Source of the DNA: Dehalococcoidia bacterium
GTDB taxonomy: Bacteria > Chloroflexota > Dehalococcoidia > Lucifugimonadales > CAJWER01
DNA: 64,000 nt
Direction: 5' to 3'
Assembly (NCBI GenBank): GCA_965209165.1
Contig: CBDBQI010000004.1
Coordinates: 130,511-194,510 of the forward strand
A program made the position numbers and the translations under genes. This document shows positions 1-9,988 of this stretch, in pieces; the stretch's first letter is position 1; each line of letters opens with the position of its first letter. A model generated the notes under the pieces. It was not told the DNA's origin and made no database searches. It saw nothing but the letters and a program-made list of their open reading frames with translations.

Positions 1-2
1 TA

Positions 3-746
3 GACGACGACCTGATGAAGGAGCTCGAGGCCGTCAGGGACGCCGTCGACCCCGTCGAGACCCTGCTCGTCGTGGATGCCATGACCGGCCAGGACGCCGT
101 CGCCGTCGCCCAGGAGTTCCACGAGCGCATCGGGCTCACCGGGCTCGTGCTGAGCAAGCTGGACGGCGACGCACGTGGCGGCGCGGCCATCTCCATAGTG
201 TCCGTGACCGGCGTGCCAATAAAGTTCATCGGCACGGGCGAGCGGCTGGACGCCCTTGAGGAATTCCACCCCGACAGGCTCGCCTCCCGCATCCTCGGCA
301 TGGGAGACATGCTCACCCTCATCGAGAAGGCCCAGACCTCCTTCGACCAGGACGAGGCCGTCAAGCTCGAAAAGAAGATCCGACAGGCCACTTTCGACCT
401 GAACGACTTCATGGCCCAGCTCCAGCAGGTCAAGAGCATGGGCTCCCTCAGCCAGATCATGGAGATGATCCCCGGAATGTCCGCGATGAGGGGCCGGGTT
501 TCCGAGGCGGACCTCGACGACGACCAGCTCGTCAAGGTCGAGGCCATCGTCTACTCAATGACGCCCGCAGAGCGCAGCAACCCGAGCATCATCGGCGGCA
601 GCAGGCGGCGGCGGATAGCGAAGGGAAGCGGCACGACCCCGCGAGACGTCAACCAGCTCCTCAACCAGTTCAAGCAGACCCAGAGGCTCATGAAGCAGAT
701 GAGCACCGGCAAGGGCATGAAGGAGATCGCGAGGATGTTCCGCTGA
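3..746 (+). CDS. ffh: Signal recognition particle protein Ffh, 3' part (truncated by window start)
   Basis: SRP GTPase motifs DAMTGQDA, SKLDGDARGGAA, IKFIGTGE, FHPDRLASRILGMGD; Met-rich M domain with SRRRRIAKGSG. Confidence 0.97.
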   Translation, partial: DDDLMKELEAVRDAVDPVETLLVVDAMTGQDAVAVAQEFHERIGLTGLVLSKLDGDARGGAAISIVSVTGVPIKFIGTGERLDALEEFHPDRLASRILGMGDMLTLIEKAQTSFDQDEAVKLEKKIRQATFDLNDFMAQLQQVKSMGSLSQIMEMIPGMSAMRGRVSEADLDDDQLVKVEAIVYSMTPAERSNPSIIGGSRRRRIAKGSGTTPRDVNQLLNQFKQTQRLMKQMSTGKGMKEIARMFR

Positions 747-786
747 CCCTTCGTCGTACTCGTTCGCCGCAGCAGGAGGCCGCCCC

Positions 787-1905
787 ATGAAGTTCCGCGT
801 AGGAGTCATCGGCGCAACAGGGTTCATCGGCACCCCGTACCGCGCCCATATCAGGGAGGCGAAGGACGACGCCGACATCGTCGCCCTCTGCGCCCGCCGC
901 CGCGGCCCCCTCGAAGAGGCCGCAAGGGAGGACGGCGCCGGCTTCGTCACGGGAGACTGGCGCGAGATAGTCGAGCACCCCGACGTCGACCTCGTGATGG
1001 TCGTCACGCCGGACGCGCGCCACCACGAAGCCGTGATGGAGTGCGCGGCGCGGGGCAAGCACCTGATCTGTGACAAGCCCATCGGCGCGAACGCCGCCGA
1101 GGCGTACGACATGTGGTCGGCCTACCGGGACTCCGGCCTGGGCCACTTCGTGCCCTTCTGGACACGCTACCTGGCCGTCTTCGCCCGCACGAAGGAGATC
1201 GTCGACTCCGGGGTCCTCGGCGAAGTGCGCGGCGTCGTGTGCAGGTGGCAGAACCCACGTCCCGAGGCGATGCCCTTCACCTGGCGCGACGACGCCTCGG
1301 TGTCCTCGTCCGGCAGCATCGGCGACCTGGGCTCCCACGCCTACGACACGGTGCGGTGGCTGATGGGTCTCGAGGCCGTCCGCGTCATAACCCACGCCGG
1401 CGTCATCACGCCGCCAAAGCCCGACATCGGCGACCCCAACCTGGAGGAGGCGCTGCGCTGGGGGGAGACCCACCTGTCGAGCGACAGCGAGCGCGTCCGG
1501 GCCGGGACTGCCTTCGACTACGGCTCGATCTCGATCGAGTTCGCCGGCGGCGCGGTCGGCTACATCATGCCGTCCCACTCGCCATATCTGCGGAAGGGGC
1601 TCGCGCCGGATATGGAGATACACGGCACGAAGGCCTCGCTGGGCGTGGAGCGCTGGGCGGGCCGGCTGCTCTTGGCCTGGCCCGAGGAAGACCCCGAATT
1701 GCTGGAGACGATCCCCGCCGGCGGGCCCGTCAACCAGTTCGCCCAGTTCGCCTTCCCGGGCGTGCGACAGCGGGCCGAGGGCTCGGGCACGGACCACCCG
1801 GGCCTGGACGACGGCTGGAAGGCCCAGCTCCTCACCGACGCCGCTGCCCTCTCCGCCCAGCGCGGCGCCTGGGTAGACCTCGACGAGCTAAATCCCGAGG
1901 CATAG
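787..1905 (+). CDS. Gfo/Idh/MocA family NAD(P)-dependent oxidoreductase
   Basis: N-terminal Rossmann VGVIGATGFIG, GKHLICDKP, DLGSHAYD; RBS AGGAGG at 773-778. Confidence 0.9.
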   Translation: MKFRVGVIGATGFIGTPYRAHIREAKDDADIVALCARRRGPLEEAAREDGAGFVTGDWREIVEHPDVDLVMVVTPDARHHEAVMECAARGKHLICDKPIGANAAEAYDMWSAYRDSGLGHFVPFWTRYLAVFARTKEIVDSGVLGEVRGVVCRWQNPRPEAMPFTWRDDASVSSSGSIGDLGSHAYDTVRWLMGLEAVRVITHAGVITPPKPDIGDPNLEEALRWGETHLSSDSERVRAGTAFDYGSISIEFAGGAVGYIMPSHSPYLRKGLAPDMEIHGTKASLGVERWAGRLLLAWPEEDPELLETIPAGGPVNQFAQFAFPGVRQRAEGSGTDHPGLDDGWKAQLLTDAAALSAQRGAWVDLDELNPEA

Positions 1906-1953
1906 CCCGGCCGCCCTTCCAAATAGGATAACTGCACAATCTGAAAGTACTAC

Positions 1954-1983
1954 TTGCAATTTGCGCAATATTGCTGGTATCTT
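1954..1983 (+). promoter_or_regulatory. Putative sigma70 promoter (TTGCAA-N18-TATCTT with extended -10 TG) for a leaderless transcript; contains palindrome TTGCGCAA
   Basis: AT-rich patch, -10 ends 6 nt before ATG 1990, no RBS. Confidence 0.45.
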
Positions 1984-1989
1984 TGCGGC

Positions 1990-3159
1990 ATGATCCAGCG
2001 CGAGATCGCACCCCGGCTGACGACCCTCTTCCGGCAGTACCCCTTTGTGACGGTGACCGGGCCGCGCCAGTCGGGTAAGACGACCCTCTGCCGCTCGGCG
2101 TTCCCAGATCTCAACTATACCAACCTGGAGGCGCCCGACCAGCGCGACTTCGCGGAATCGGACCCGAGGGGATTCATCGCCCAGCTGGGCGAGGGCGCGA
2201 TCATCGACGAGATCCAGCACGTTCCCGCGCTCCTCTCCTACCTCCAGGTCCTTGCCGACGAAAGGGGCCGGAACAGCCTCTTCATACTCACCGGCAGCGA
2301 GCAGTTCAGGCTCTCCGATGCCATCAACCAGTCACTCGCCGGGCGGACAGCGTTGCTCCGCCTGCTGCCGTTCTCGCTGGCAGAACGCAAGAAAGCTGGC
2401 GCCAGCATTGCGGTGGACGACATCCTGTACTCGGGTTTCTATCCCCGGATTCTCGACCAGGGACTCGATCCGCGGCAGGCACTCGGCGACTACATCGAGA
2501 CCTATGTCGAGCGCGACGTTCGCCGGCTGGGCGAGGTACGCAACCTTTCCAGCTTCCGCACTTTCGTCCGGCTGTGCGCCGGACGAGTGGGGCAGCTCGT
2601 CAACCTCACGTCGCTGGGGTCGGATGCCGGAGTCTCCCACACCACGGCGCGAGAGTGGCTCACGGTGCTGGAGGCGAGCTACATCGTCTTTCAGCTACAG
2701 CCGTTTCACGCCAATATCCGGAAGCGCCTGGTCAAGTCGCCGAAGCTCTACTTCTACGACGTTGGACTCGCCAGCTATCTCATCGGCGTCGAGAACGCGA
2801 GCCAGGTTGTCACCCATCCCCTGCGCGGGGCGCTGTTCGAGAACGCTGTCGTCGCGGAGGTGTTGAAGCACCGGTTCAATCGGGGGCTGCAGCCCAACCT
2901 GTCATTCTTCCGGGATGCACGGGGGCTCGAATGCGACCTCTTCTACGAGACCGGCCACGGCATCGGGGCCATCGAAATCAAGGCCGGCTCCACGGTCAAC
3001 TCCGACTACTTTCGTTCGCTCGACCGCGTTGCCGAACTGGTCCCGGAAGTCTCCGCAAAGGCCGTAGTATACGGCGGATCGAACAGCCAGTCCCGGAGCG
3101 ATTGCGAGGTAGTGCCGGTAGGTGGCTTGGCCGGAGTGCTGGGCAGCTTCGAGAGCTAG
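1990..3159 (+). CDS. AAA_14 family ATPase with C-terminal DUF4143 (PD-(D/E)XK-like) domain
   Basis: Walker A GPRQSGKTT, Walker B IIDEIQ, ILTGS, SLAGR, KSPKLYFYDVGL, ECDL...IEIKAG; start set at ATG 1990. Confidence 0.9.
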   Translation: MIQREIAPRLTTLFRQYPFVTVTGPRQSGKTTLCRSAFPDLNYTNLEAPDQRDFAESDPRGFIAQLGEGAIIDEIQHVPALLSYLQVLADERGRNSLFILTGSEQFRLSDAINQSLAGRTALLRLLPFSLAERKKAGASIAVDDILYSGFYPRILDQGLDPRQALGDYIETYVERDVRRLGEVRNLSSFRTFVRLCAGRVGQLVNLTSLGSDAGVSHTTAREWLTVLEASYIVFQLQPFHANIRKRLVKSPKLYFYDVGLASYLIGVENASQVVTHPLRGALFENAVVAEVLKHRFNRGLQPNLSFFRDARGLECDLFYETGHGIGAIEIKAGSTVNSDYFRSLDRVAELVPEVSAKAVVYGGSNSQSRSDCEVVPVGGLAGVLGSFES

Positions 3160-3160
3160 G

Positions 3161-3742
3161 CTACTGCACTAATTCCTCGGTGAATGCCACCATCCACTCA
3201 CCGTCCACCTTTCGGAAGACCATGCGGACGCGGCGCTCGCCCACGACCGTCATCAGCTTGAGGTACACCTGGGCGTCGCCGTTCTCCAGCTGCGCAGGAG
3301 GGCCCTCCTCGGTCGCCTCCACCTTGGCCGCAAAGGTCTCCAGCAGCCCTATGTTGGTGCGGACATCCTCATCCTGCGTCTGGCGGAATTCCTCAATCAT
3401 GAACCCCAGCGCCTTGTCGGGTTCATAGTCGTTGTATGCCTTCCAGAACTCCGTGAAGACCTGCATGATGGCTTCCGCATCCGGCGAGCCGACAGGTTCG
3501 AGCTGCGGCTCCGGCGTGGGCGAGGGCTCGGGTGTCGCAGCGGCAGCCGGCGTGGGGGTAGGCTCCGGCGTAGGTGTGGGCTCAGGCGTAGGCGTGGGTG
3601 TGGGTTCCGGCGTGGGCGTGGGCTCAGGCGTAGGCGTGGGTGTGGGTTCCGGCGTGGGAGTAGGCTCAGGCGTCGATCCGCACGCGGCCCCGGCCGAGAC
3701 AAGCATCACCAGCACGCCAAGGATTACCCAACGTCTCAGCAT
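3161..3742 (-). CDS. Lipoprotein with PTPTPE low-complexity linker and small C-terminal NTF2-like domain
   Basis: Hydrophobic signal ending in lipobox-like AAC-G, (PT)nPE repeats, C-terminal [10 protein letters not shown] typical of NTF2-like folds (fold is inference). Confidence 0.7.
   Translation of the reverse strand: MLRRWVILGVLVMLVSAGAACGSTPEPTPTPEPTPTPTPEPTPTPEPTPTPTPEPTPTPEPTPTPAAAATPEPSPTPEPQLEPVGSPDAEAIMQVFTEFWKAYNDYEPDKALGFMIEEFRQTQDEDVRTNIGLLETFAAKVEATEEGPPAQLENGDAQVYLKLMTVVGERRVRMVFRKVDGEWMVAFTEELVQ
3545..3672. repeat. Coding tandem repeat for the PTPTPE linker
   Basis: Repeated ggcgtggg/ggctcaggcgtagg/ggttcc units. Confidence 0.85.
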
Positions 3743-3888
3743 CGTCCTCAAAGCGCCTCCGGGCTGGCCAACAGCCTCTATCGGAACGTCTGGCCGGTTC
3801 GGGCATGAGCATAGTCTTGAGTCTGATTCCTGTCAACATATAAGATTCGGCCCATCCGCGCTTGATCGCGAATCAAGGAGTCGAGGAG

Positions 3889-4653
3889 ATGAACCTGTCC
3901 AAGACACTTTGCCGCAGCTTGTCGATCACAGCCCTGATCGCAACTCTCCTCGCCCTCACCGCAGCCTGTGGAACTGAACCCGAGCCCACGCCCACGCCGG
4001 CCCCCGCTGCGACGCCCACGCCGGTCCCTGACGTTAGGGACGTGCTCTCGAGGGCCGGAGAGAAGATGGCTGCCATGAAGTCCGCAAAGTTCGGCATGAT
4101 CGACGAGACGGAGACGGGCGCCAAGTTCTTCGACACCACCTTCAAGAGCATGGAGGCCGAGGTCAAGGCCCCCGACAGCTTCAGAATGCTGGTGGACGTG
4201 GTGGCCCCGGCATTCGGGTTCGTCGAGATCGAGATGCTGGCGGTCGGCGACCAGGCCTTTATGAAGTTCTCCGAGGACGCGCCGTGGGCTCCTCTGCCGC
4301 TGGACCAGGTGCCCTTCAACTTCGGCGGTCTGGGCCCGACGTTGCGCGACGTGCTCGCCAGGCTCGAGGATCCTACCCTCGAGGGCCGGGAGGCCATCCA
4401 GGGCGCGCAGACCTTTCACGTCGAGGGAAGCATCACCTCCGATGGCCTGGCGGACCTCATCACGGACGTGGACCCGGGGCATGATATAACCCTCACCCTG
4501 TGGATCGACGAGACCGACTATGCCCTGCGGCAGATACGGATCGCGGGCCAGATCTACGACGACGACGGGCCCGGGACTACCCGCCTCCTGACCATCGAGG
4601 GCATCGACGTCCCGGTGGACATCCAGCTCCCGGAGGTGGGGTCCGGCCAGTGA
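3889..4653 (+). CDS. LppX/LprAFG family lipoprotein
   Basis: Lipobox TAAC, short PT linker, beta-rich domain with [25 protein letters not shown] and terminal DVPVDIQLP typical of the family; RBS GAGGAG. Confidence 0.8.
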   Translation: MNLSKTLCRSLSITALIATLLALTAACGTEPEPTPTPAPAATPTPVPDVRDVLSRAGEKMAAMKSAKFGMIDETETGAKFFDTTFKSMEAEVKAPDSFRMLVDVVAPAFGFVEIEMLAVGDQAFMKFSEDAPWAPLPLDQVPFNFGGLGPTLRDVLARLEDPTLEGREAIQGAQTFHVEGSITSDGLADLITDVDPGHDITLTLWIDETDYALRQIRIAGQIYDDDGPGTTRLLTIEGIDVPVDIQLPEVGSGQ

Positions 4654-6113
4654 ACGAGGTCCGCGACCGGCTGACTTCCCTGGGATCATCCCAGACGGTC
4701 GTGCTGGGGATCCTCTGCCTGGGCGTGTTCTCCACAGCCCTCGACCAGACGGTGGTCGTGGCCGCCCTCCCCAGCGTCATGGTCGACCTGGAGATTCCCC
4801 TCACGGACCTCGACAGGGCGGCCTGGATCGTAACCGCCTACCTGGTCGCATACACCGTGGCCATGCCGCTGGCGGGCCGCCTGTCCGACGTCTACGGCCG
4901 CGTCAGGATGTTCCAGGCGGCCCTCGTCGTCTTCTCCATAGGGTCCGCCTTCGTCGCGCTTGCGCCCAACTTCCCCTGGATAGTGGCCGCCAGGGTGGCC
5001 CAGGCAGCGGGGGGCGGCGCAACCGTCCCCATCGGCCTGGCCATGGCCGTGGGCGTAGTATCGCCGGAGAAGCGCGGCATCGCCCTGGGACTCGTGGCCG
5101 CATCCGCCGAGCTGGGGTCCGTCCTGGGCCCCCTGTACGGAGGGGCGATCATCGAGCTGATCGGCTGGAGGTGGATATTCTGGCTCGACATACCCCAGAG
5201 CTTCTTCCTCATAGCGCTCCTGGCCATACTGCCGAACAGGGCCAACCCCGGCTCGAAGATGGACTACTTCGGAGCGGTCATCCTCGGGGCGGCGCTCACT
5301 GCCCTGACCATCGGGCTGGCGCAGAGGAGCATATTCTCGGGAACGTCTGTGTACCCTTACCTGATGCTGGCCGGGGGACTCCTCCTGGTCGCCCTACTCG
5401 TCCTGGTGGAGCGCCGCGCGGTCCAGCCGTTGCTGGCGTCCTTCCTGTACACCTCCAGGGCGTTCCTGTCCTCCAACATCGCCCAGTTCATGGTGGGAGT
5501 GGCCCTGATCATCGCCCTGGTCGCCGTGCCCCTCATGGCGGGCACCGTAATGGAGAAGTCTGCGTGGCAGAGCGCCCTCCAGCTGCTGCGCCTCACCGCC
5601 GCCATTCCGGTGGGGGCGGTGATAGGGGGCTACATACTTCGCTGGACGGGTGTGAGGACAGTATGCATAACCGGCCTCGTCTTCATGGGAACGGGACTGC
5701 TCGTCATGAGCGGCTGGGAGACGCAGGTCGACGAGCTCAGGCTCACGCTGCCCCTGATAACGGCTGGCCTGGGGTTCGGGCTCGTCATCCCGCCAATAGC
5801 CGTGAGCGCCCTGAGCGCCGCGCCTAGCCACTACTGGGGCGCAGCGGCCTCCCTGGTCACCGCGTCGCGGATGGTCGGGATGGCCCTGGGTCTGGCGGCC
5901 CTGTCCGCCTGGGGCATCGAGCGCTTCTACAGCCTCACCGCCGACGTCGTCCCCACCGAGTCCTACGAGGTCACCGAGGCCCTCCTGATCGACGCAGGCG
6001 TCACCGTCTTCCAGAACATGTTCATGATCACCGGCTTCCTCTCCCTCATAGCCATCCTCCCAGCCCTCCTAATGAAAGAAGAACAAGTAGAAGAAGCCAC
6101 CGGCCTCATCTGA
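4650..6113 (+). CDS. MFS DHA2-type (14-TM) efflux transporter, P55/Rv1410c-like
   Basis: ALDQTVV, WIVTAYL, GRLSDVYGR (MFS motif A), GSVLGPLYGG; GTG 4650 overlaps upstream TGA (GTGA). Confidence 0.88.
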   Translation: MNEVRDRLTSLGSSQTVVLGILCLGVFSTALDQTVVVAALPSVMVDLEIPLTDLDRAAWIVTAYLVAYTVAMPLAGRLSDVYGRVRMFQAALVVFSIGSAFVALAPNFPWIVAARVAQAAGGGATVPIGLAMAVGVVSPEKRGIALGLVAASAELGSVLGPLYGGAIIELIGWRWIFWLDIPQSFFLIALLAILPNRANPGSKMDYFGAVILGAALTALTIGLAQRSIFSGTSVYPYLMLAGGLLLVALLVLVERRAVQPLLASFLYTSRAFLSSNIAQFMVGVALIIALVAVPLMAGTVMEKSAWQSALQLLRLTAAIPVGAVIGGYILRWTGVRTVCITGLVFMGTGLLVMSGWETQVDELRLTLPLITAGLGFGLVIPPIAVSALSAAPSHYWGAAASLVTASRMVGMALGLAALSAWGIERFYSLTADVVPTESYEVTEALLIDAGVTVFQNMFMITGFLSLIAILPALLMKEEQVEEATGLI

Positions 6114-6526
6114 GGTTGGCTTGCCCGGAGGACTTGGACGTGACGATTCTAGTCTTCGTCGGTAACATGCACGAATTGCTGCTACTACTCTCTGTGGAAC
6201 TGGGGCCCGCTTGAAGAGAAAATCCGCTTGCGTTCGGATCTCCTCATTGAGGCTCAGCCAGGATCGGGACTGAACAGCCGACCTGTGTATCGTGCGTCCT
6301 CGCACCGATGCTTGACTTGCCTGCGCGGATGACTGACGTTCGAGATGGTCGGGGCTCTCCCGATAAGACGAGCCCCGGCTCCAAGACACTGACGGAAGAA
6401 CTTATCGGGCGACTAGGGCGCCCAATGAATTAGCAGTGCTTGTTCGAGAGCTGGCTGGGATGATTGCCAAGTGAATTCCGGGTAGACTGATGTCTTATTG
6501 GAGGAGAGGCCACTAGGCTTGAGTGC

Positions 6527-7219
6527 CTAAATGGGATGGCCAGATGGATTAGCAGATATGAGCTCTAGAGCATGTTGTATATTGCTGGCACGGAATATGC
6601 CTACAGATTCACTGGTGTAACCAATGATGTTCTTTGTGTCTACGTTGCCTGAATTATCCGTACCGTACACAGGCTGAGTCGTCTGTTGACGATCAACAAG
6701 GACTGCGGAGAGTAACAGACCACCTTCCTGCTTGACAAATACAGGTCCACCGGAGAACCCTGGATTACTGTGTCCCGCCACAAACAGAGACTCATGGCCA
6801 CTTTCTAGATGAGTAAACCCACTGATAATCCCTTCTTTCACATATGCAACAGGATGCCCGAGGCTTGTGATGGTGGCGAAACGATGAGGGAAGCCAAAGA
6901 ACAAAACCTCTTGCGCTAACTTCGGATCAGTTTCAATCTCCAAGTTGCCCAATTCTGTTGAATCAACCCAGAAAGGGATATTGCGCGTTGGTCGTAGGAC
7001 TGCAATGTCTATTGCATCTGCGCTGAGTCCTATCACTCCGTCAACTAACGGCAGCCATTGCTTCCCCACTGCAATCTTGTAAGTGTCTATTGGGCCTGAG
7101 ACTAGATGCTTAGCGGTAATGAGGTATTGGCAACCCTCTACATCGAGAGCAAAGGTAGTGCCTGTTCCCGCAGGAGTCTGAATACAAAGGGTACGGCGGA
7201 CTATATCAAATTGGGACAT
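6527..7219 (-). CDS. Stand-alone trypsin-like serine protease (Trypsin_2/S1)
   Basis: Catalytic triad motifs LITAKHL, DIAVL, NPGFSGGPV; no signal peptide; more AT-rich than the flanks. Confidence 0.85.
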   Translation of the reverse strand: MSQFDIVRRTLCIQTPAGTGTTFALDVEGCQYLITAKHLVSGPIDTYKIAVGKQWLPLVDGVIGLSADAIDIAVLRPTRNIPFWVDSTELGNLEIETDPKLAQEVLFFGFPHRFATITSLGHPVAYVKEGIISGFTHLESGHESLFVAGHSNPGFSGGPVFVKQEGGLLLSAVLVDRQQTTQPVYGTDNSGNVDTKNIIGYTSESVGIFRASNIQHALELISANPSGHPI

Positions 7220-7242
7220 ACTCTGAAGCTCCTTTCCGAATT

Positions 7243-7301
7243 GGCGGGTCGGACAGGTTCTCCATCTAGTAGCGCGACGACGGGAACAGGTCGCCGGGGT
7301 A
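7243..7301 (-). pseudogene. 59-bp diverged fragment of the menC-like gene (matches 14137-14195)
   Basis: Manual ungapped alignment gives 54/59 identical; reads YPGDLFPSSRY*MENLSDP vs YPGDLFPSSRFYTEDLSDP. Confidence 0.85.
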
Positions 7302-7342
7302 GGGGTCTAATGACCTTTGACCCGATAGACCCTACGGTCGGC

Positions 7343-8299
7343 CTATGGCACAGTTGATTCGGTAATGCGCACTGCGTAGTGGAAGACCTCGTTAAGGAAG
7401 TCTATCCAAGGCTGTCCGTCCTCTGACAATTCGTCCAGCAGGAACACCTTGACGACTCCCATCTGATCCAGTCTGTTCTGCATTTCCTGAGTGACGACGC
7501 CGGCAACGAGGAAGTTAACGCAATCACGCGGAGTAGCTTCGAAGCTCTTCTGCATCGCACCGAGTCGTTCGAGGGCTCCAGCGGGGTCCTTGCCGCCTTT
7601 GATCTCGATCGTCGCTGCATGTCGTGTGCGATCTCCGATCTCCTGCCGAAACAGGATGTCCGGCTCCGACCCAAACCGCATCAAGTAGCCTTTGGGCAGC
7701 TTGAACTCCGTTGCGTCTCTGCTCCGCTCTATGACCAAGCCTTGACTGTCAAGCCAGTTCCTGATGCGGGTCTTTACGAGATTCTCGGCATCCTGACCAA
7801 TGATATTGCGAAACGTTCCATCGAGCCCGATTCCCATGTTGGCAATTATGTTCCGATAGCCATTCTCCAGGGTCCAGTTGGTAGTCCCTTCGATGATGGA
7901 CGAGATCACCCCGTTGTAAAGCCGAGCAACTTCAAGGCTATGTTCGTACTTGACGGGACGCCTGCGCGAATCGTCCTCCCAAGACGAAACTGGCACGGCA
8001 ATACTTGCTACACGCTTTTGGGGTAGAAGGGCAATGCCGCGGTAATACTGCGAGGTTCGAGGATGTTCTCGCAGTAGCCTCGGATGAGCGAACACCAGCT
8101 TGGGCTCTATACCCGAACGGACAGTGTAACTCCACGCCTGCTCACTGATCATGAGGTCATCCAGCCGACGAAAGTCCAACTCCTCGGTGTAGCCGGCAAT
8201 CAACTTCCGTAACTCGTGGTCGGTACGAAGGCGTATCCTCTCCGACATCAGGGTCGATCTGAGACGTGCGGCACGTTGACTACTTACCTCGGCACTCAC
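7343..8299 (-). CDS. Type II restriction endonuclease, XcyI-family-like
   Basis: PD-(D/E)XK motif SEPDILF...IEIKGGKD resembling XcyI family; 3 nt downstream of an MTase. Confidence 0.78.
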   Translation of the reverse strand: MSAEVSSQRAARLRSTLMSERIRLRTDHELRKLIAGYTEELDFRRLDDLMISEQAWSYTVRSGIEPKLVFAHPRLLREHPRTSQYYRGIALLPQKRVASIAVPVSSWEDDSRRRPVKYEHSLEVARLYNGVISSIIEGTTNWTLENGYRNIIANMGIGLDGTFRNIIGQDAENLVKTRIRNWLDSQGLVIERSRDATEFKLPKGYLMRFGSEPDILFRQEIGDRTRHAATIEIKGGKDPAGALERLGAMQKSFEATPRDCVNFLVAGVVTQEMQNRLDQMGVVKVFLLDELSEDGQPWIDFLNEVFHYAVRITESTVP

Positions 8300-8302
8300 T
8301 AC

Positions 8303-9694
8303 TCACCTCCGGACCCACTTGTAGACGCATTTCCTTAGTTCACGTCTCCCGAAGCGGCCCATCTGTTGGCTGGAGTTGCCCTTTCCTCGGGGGAGCATCC
8401 AGATGTTCTCGCAAACCAAACCTGCCTTCTCTGCGAAGTCAGACAGTATCAGGTCGACCGGTACTTCCTCGCCATGATACTGAACGTTGTCATTCACCAT
8501 GATCACGGTTCCGCCGGGTCGAACGACGCGACCCAGTTCAGCGATGACGACGGCCATTTCAAGAAAGTATCCTTCTATCAGCCGGATGACATGTCGATTG
8601 CCCAACTCGTGGATGCGCTCCCTGAGAACGGCGAGCACTTCGTGGATGGCGCTCTGGTTCTGGTACATCTGGAAGGCGTCATTGAGCGGCTGGGGATCCT
8701 CCGAGTAGACTTCTCCCAGCCACGCCAGCTTGGTCTTGTTCTCCACGGTAGCGGACAGCAGGCGTTGCCGTAAGTCGGAGAACGCGTCCTGATCAAAGCC
8801 AAGCCAGGCAAGCTCCAGGGCGTAGGTCCGCGTATAGTCGTACCTGTTCGCATACGGTGGAGAAGTAATGACCATGTCGAATCGCGCGTCGGGCAACGTT
8901 CGCATCAACTCCAAGCAAGAGCCGGTTATGAACTCGGGATATCCGCCTCCATACTCCTGCTTGAGCATGTCGATGTCCTGGATCATTTCGAACAACCGGG
9001 CTCCGAGAGCGTGCTGGAAGGACAGGATAGGCCCTTTGTTCACCCTGGCCCTGAGTGTCCTGCCCGACCGATAGTCCCATCGAAGGTACTGCCCATCCTT
9101 TCGTGTATAGCTCACCTCTTCGAGAACCGTCATACACGCTAGGTTCAGCAAACTCCGCATAGCTTGGTCATCCAGCTTGGCTATGTACTGCCGGGCTTTT
9201 GCGATCGCGGTCTCTGTAGCGTCCGGAAAGGCCGCTTCCGTGATCTTGACGTGGGGGAATGCGTACTTGGCTGGGGCGGGTTCCTGTGACGACACCCTGT
9301 CGATCATATCTCTACCTACGGACTCGAGTGCTGCCTTTGATACCCCGTTGGCAGCCTGTGCGATCCCGTTTCCCGCCAGTACACCGACGGGCATGATCTC
9401 AATCCCTGTAGCCGACTTCCCCTTGCCAGAGGCGACCAGGGGCGTGGTTCCAATGCCGGCAAATGGATCAAGCACAGCGGTCGGCTGATGCTCATCGATG
9501 AGGCGCTCTACAAGAGTGCGCGAGAAGCCCTCTTTGTACTTCATCCAACGGAGACCTGGAACTCCCCGATTCCCCTGATAAGAGACTGTCTTCCGAGTGA
9601 ATTCGGGGTTGACGGAAAGGCGACCGCCGAACTGTTCCTGCAGAGCCTGACGTCCTTGAACACTACCTCCGTTGGGAGACACCATCGGTACCAT
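8303..9694 (-). CDS. Site-specific DNA amino-methyltransferase, probably N4-cytosine (motif I before motif IV)
   Basis: SAM-binding VLDPFAGIGTT near N-terminus, catalytic ITSPPY, N-terminal WMKYKEGFS. Confidence 0.92.
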   Translation of the reverse strand: MVPMVSPNGGSVQGRQALQEQFGGRLSVNPEFTRKTVSYQGNRGVPGLRWMKYKEGFSRTLVERLIDEHQPTAVLDPFAGIGTTPLVASGKGKSATGIEIMPVGVLAGNGIAQAANGVSKAALESVGRDMIDRVSSQEPAPAKYAFPHVKITEAAFPDATETAIAKARQYIAKLDDQAMRSLLNLACMTVLEEVSYTRKDGQYLRWDYRSGRTLRARVNKGPILSFQHALGARLFEMIQDIDMLKQEYGGGYPEFITGSCLELMRTLPDARFDMVITSPPYANRYDYTRTYALELAWLGFDQDAFSDLRQRLLSATVENKTKLAWLGEVYSEDPQPLNDAFQMYQNQSAIHEVLAVLRERIHELGNRHVIRLIEGYFLEMAVVIAELGRVVRPGGTVIMVNDNVQYHGEEVPVDLILSDFAEKAGLVCENIWMLPRGKGNSSQQMGRFGRRELRKCVYKWVRR

Positions 9695-9728
9695 CTAGAC
9701 TGACCTCACGTCGATAGCTGCTGAGAGC

Positions 9729-9756
9729 AGTATAGCATAAGTGTTCGTAATTGCAA
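9729..9756 (-). promoter_or_regulatory. Putative promoter of the RM operon (TTGCAA-N16-TATACT, extended -10) with degenerate LexA-like box GAAC-ACTT-ATGC
   Basis: Minus strand reads TTGCAATTACGAACACTTATGCTATACT; RBS GAGGT precedes ATG 9694. Confidence 0.45.
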
Positions 9757-9789
9757 CCACTTAGTCTGGGATAAACGCATCTTCAGAGT

Positions 9790-9988
9790 CTAGATTATCG
9801 ACCTCGACTGTACCTTCACCTTCTCGAGCCAGGCGCGGTCCGGGCTTGGACAGCCGTCCCTCGAATGGCCTGAACGTCTTGCGAGGCGTCAGCCACACCG
9901 GTACGCCCGCGCCCTGGTACAGGTCGTGGATCGCCTTCGCGTTCGCCCGGCCCGCCCACGCGCCCGGGCTTGATGTTGATCTACTCGC
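9790..9988 (-). pseudogene. Degenerate, internally deleted copy of the 3' end of the menC-like gene (homologous to ~14028-14131 joined to ~14268-14362)
   Basis: With frameshifts and a stop it reads INIKPGRVGG..ANAKAIHDLYQGAGVPVW/LTPRKTFRPFEGRL..LEKVKVQSRSII*, paralleling the C-terminus of 14028-15128. Confidence 0.85.

Noticed and set aside
6114-6526. Possible ncRNA or gene in the 400-bp gap
   Set aside because: Only a short hairpin (GGGGCTC..GAGCCCC near 6351-6376) and no convincing ORF or RNA motif
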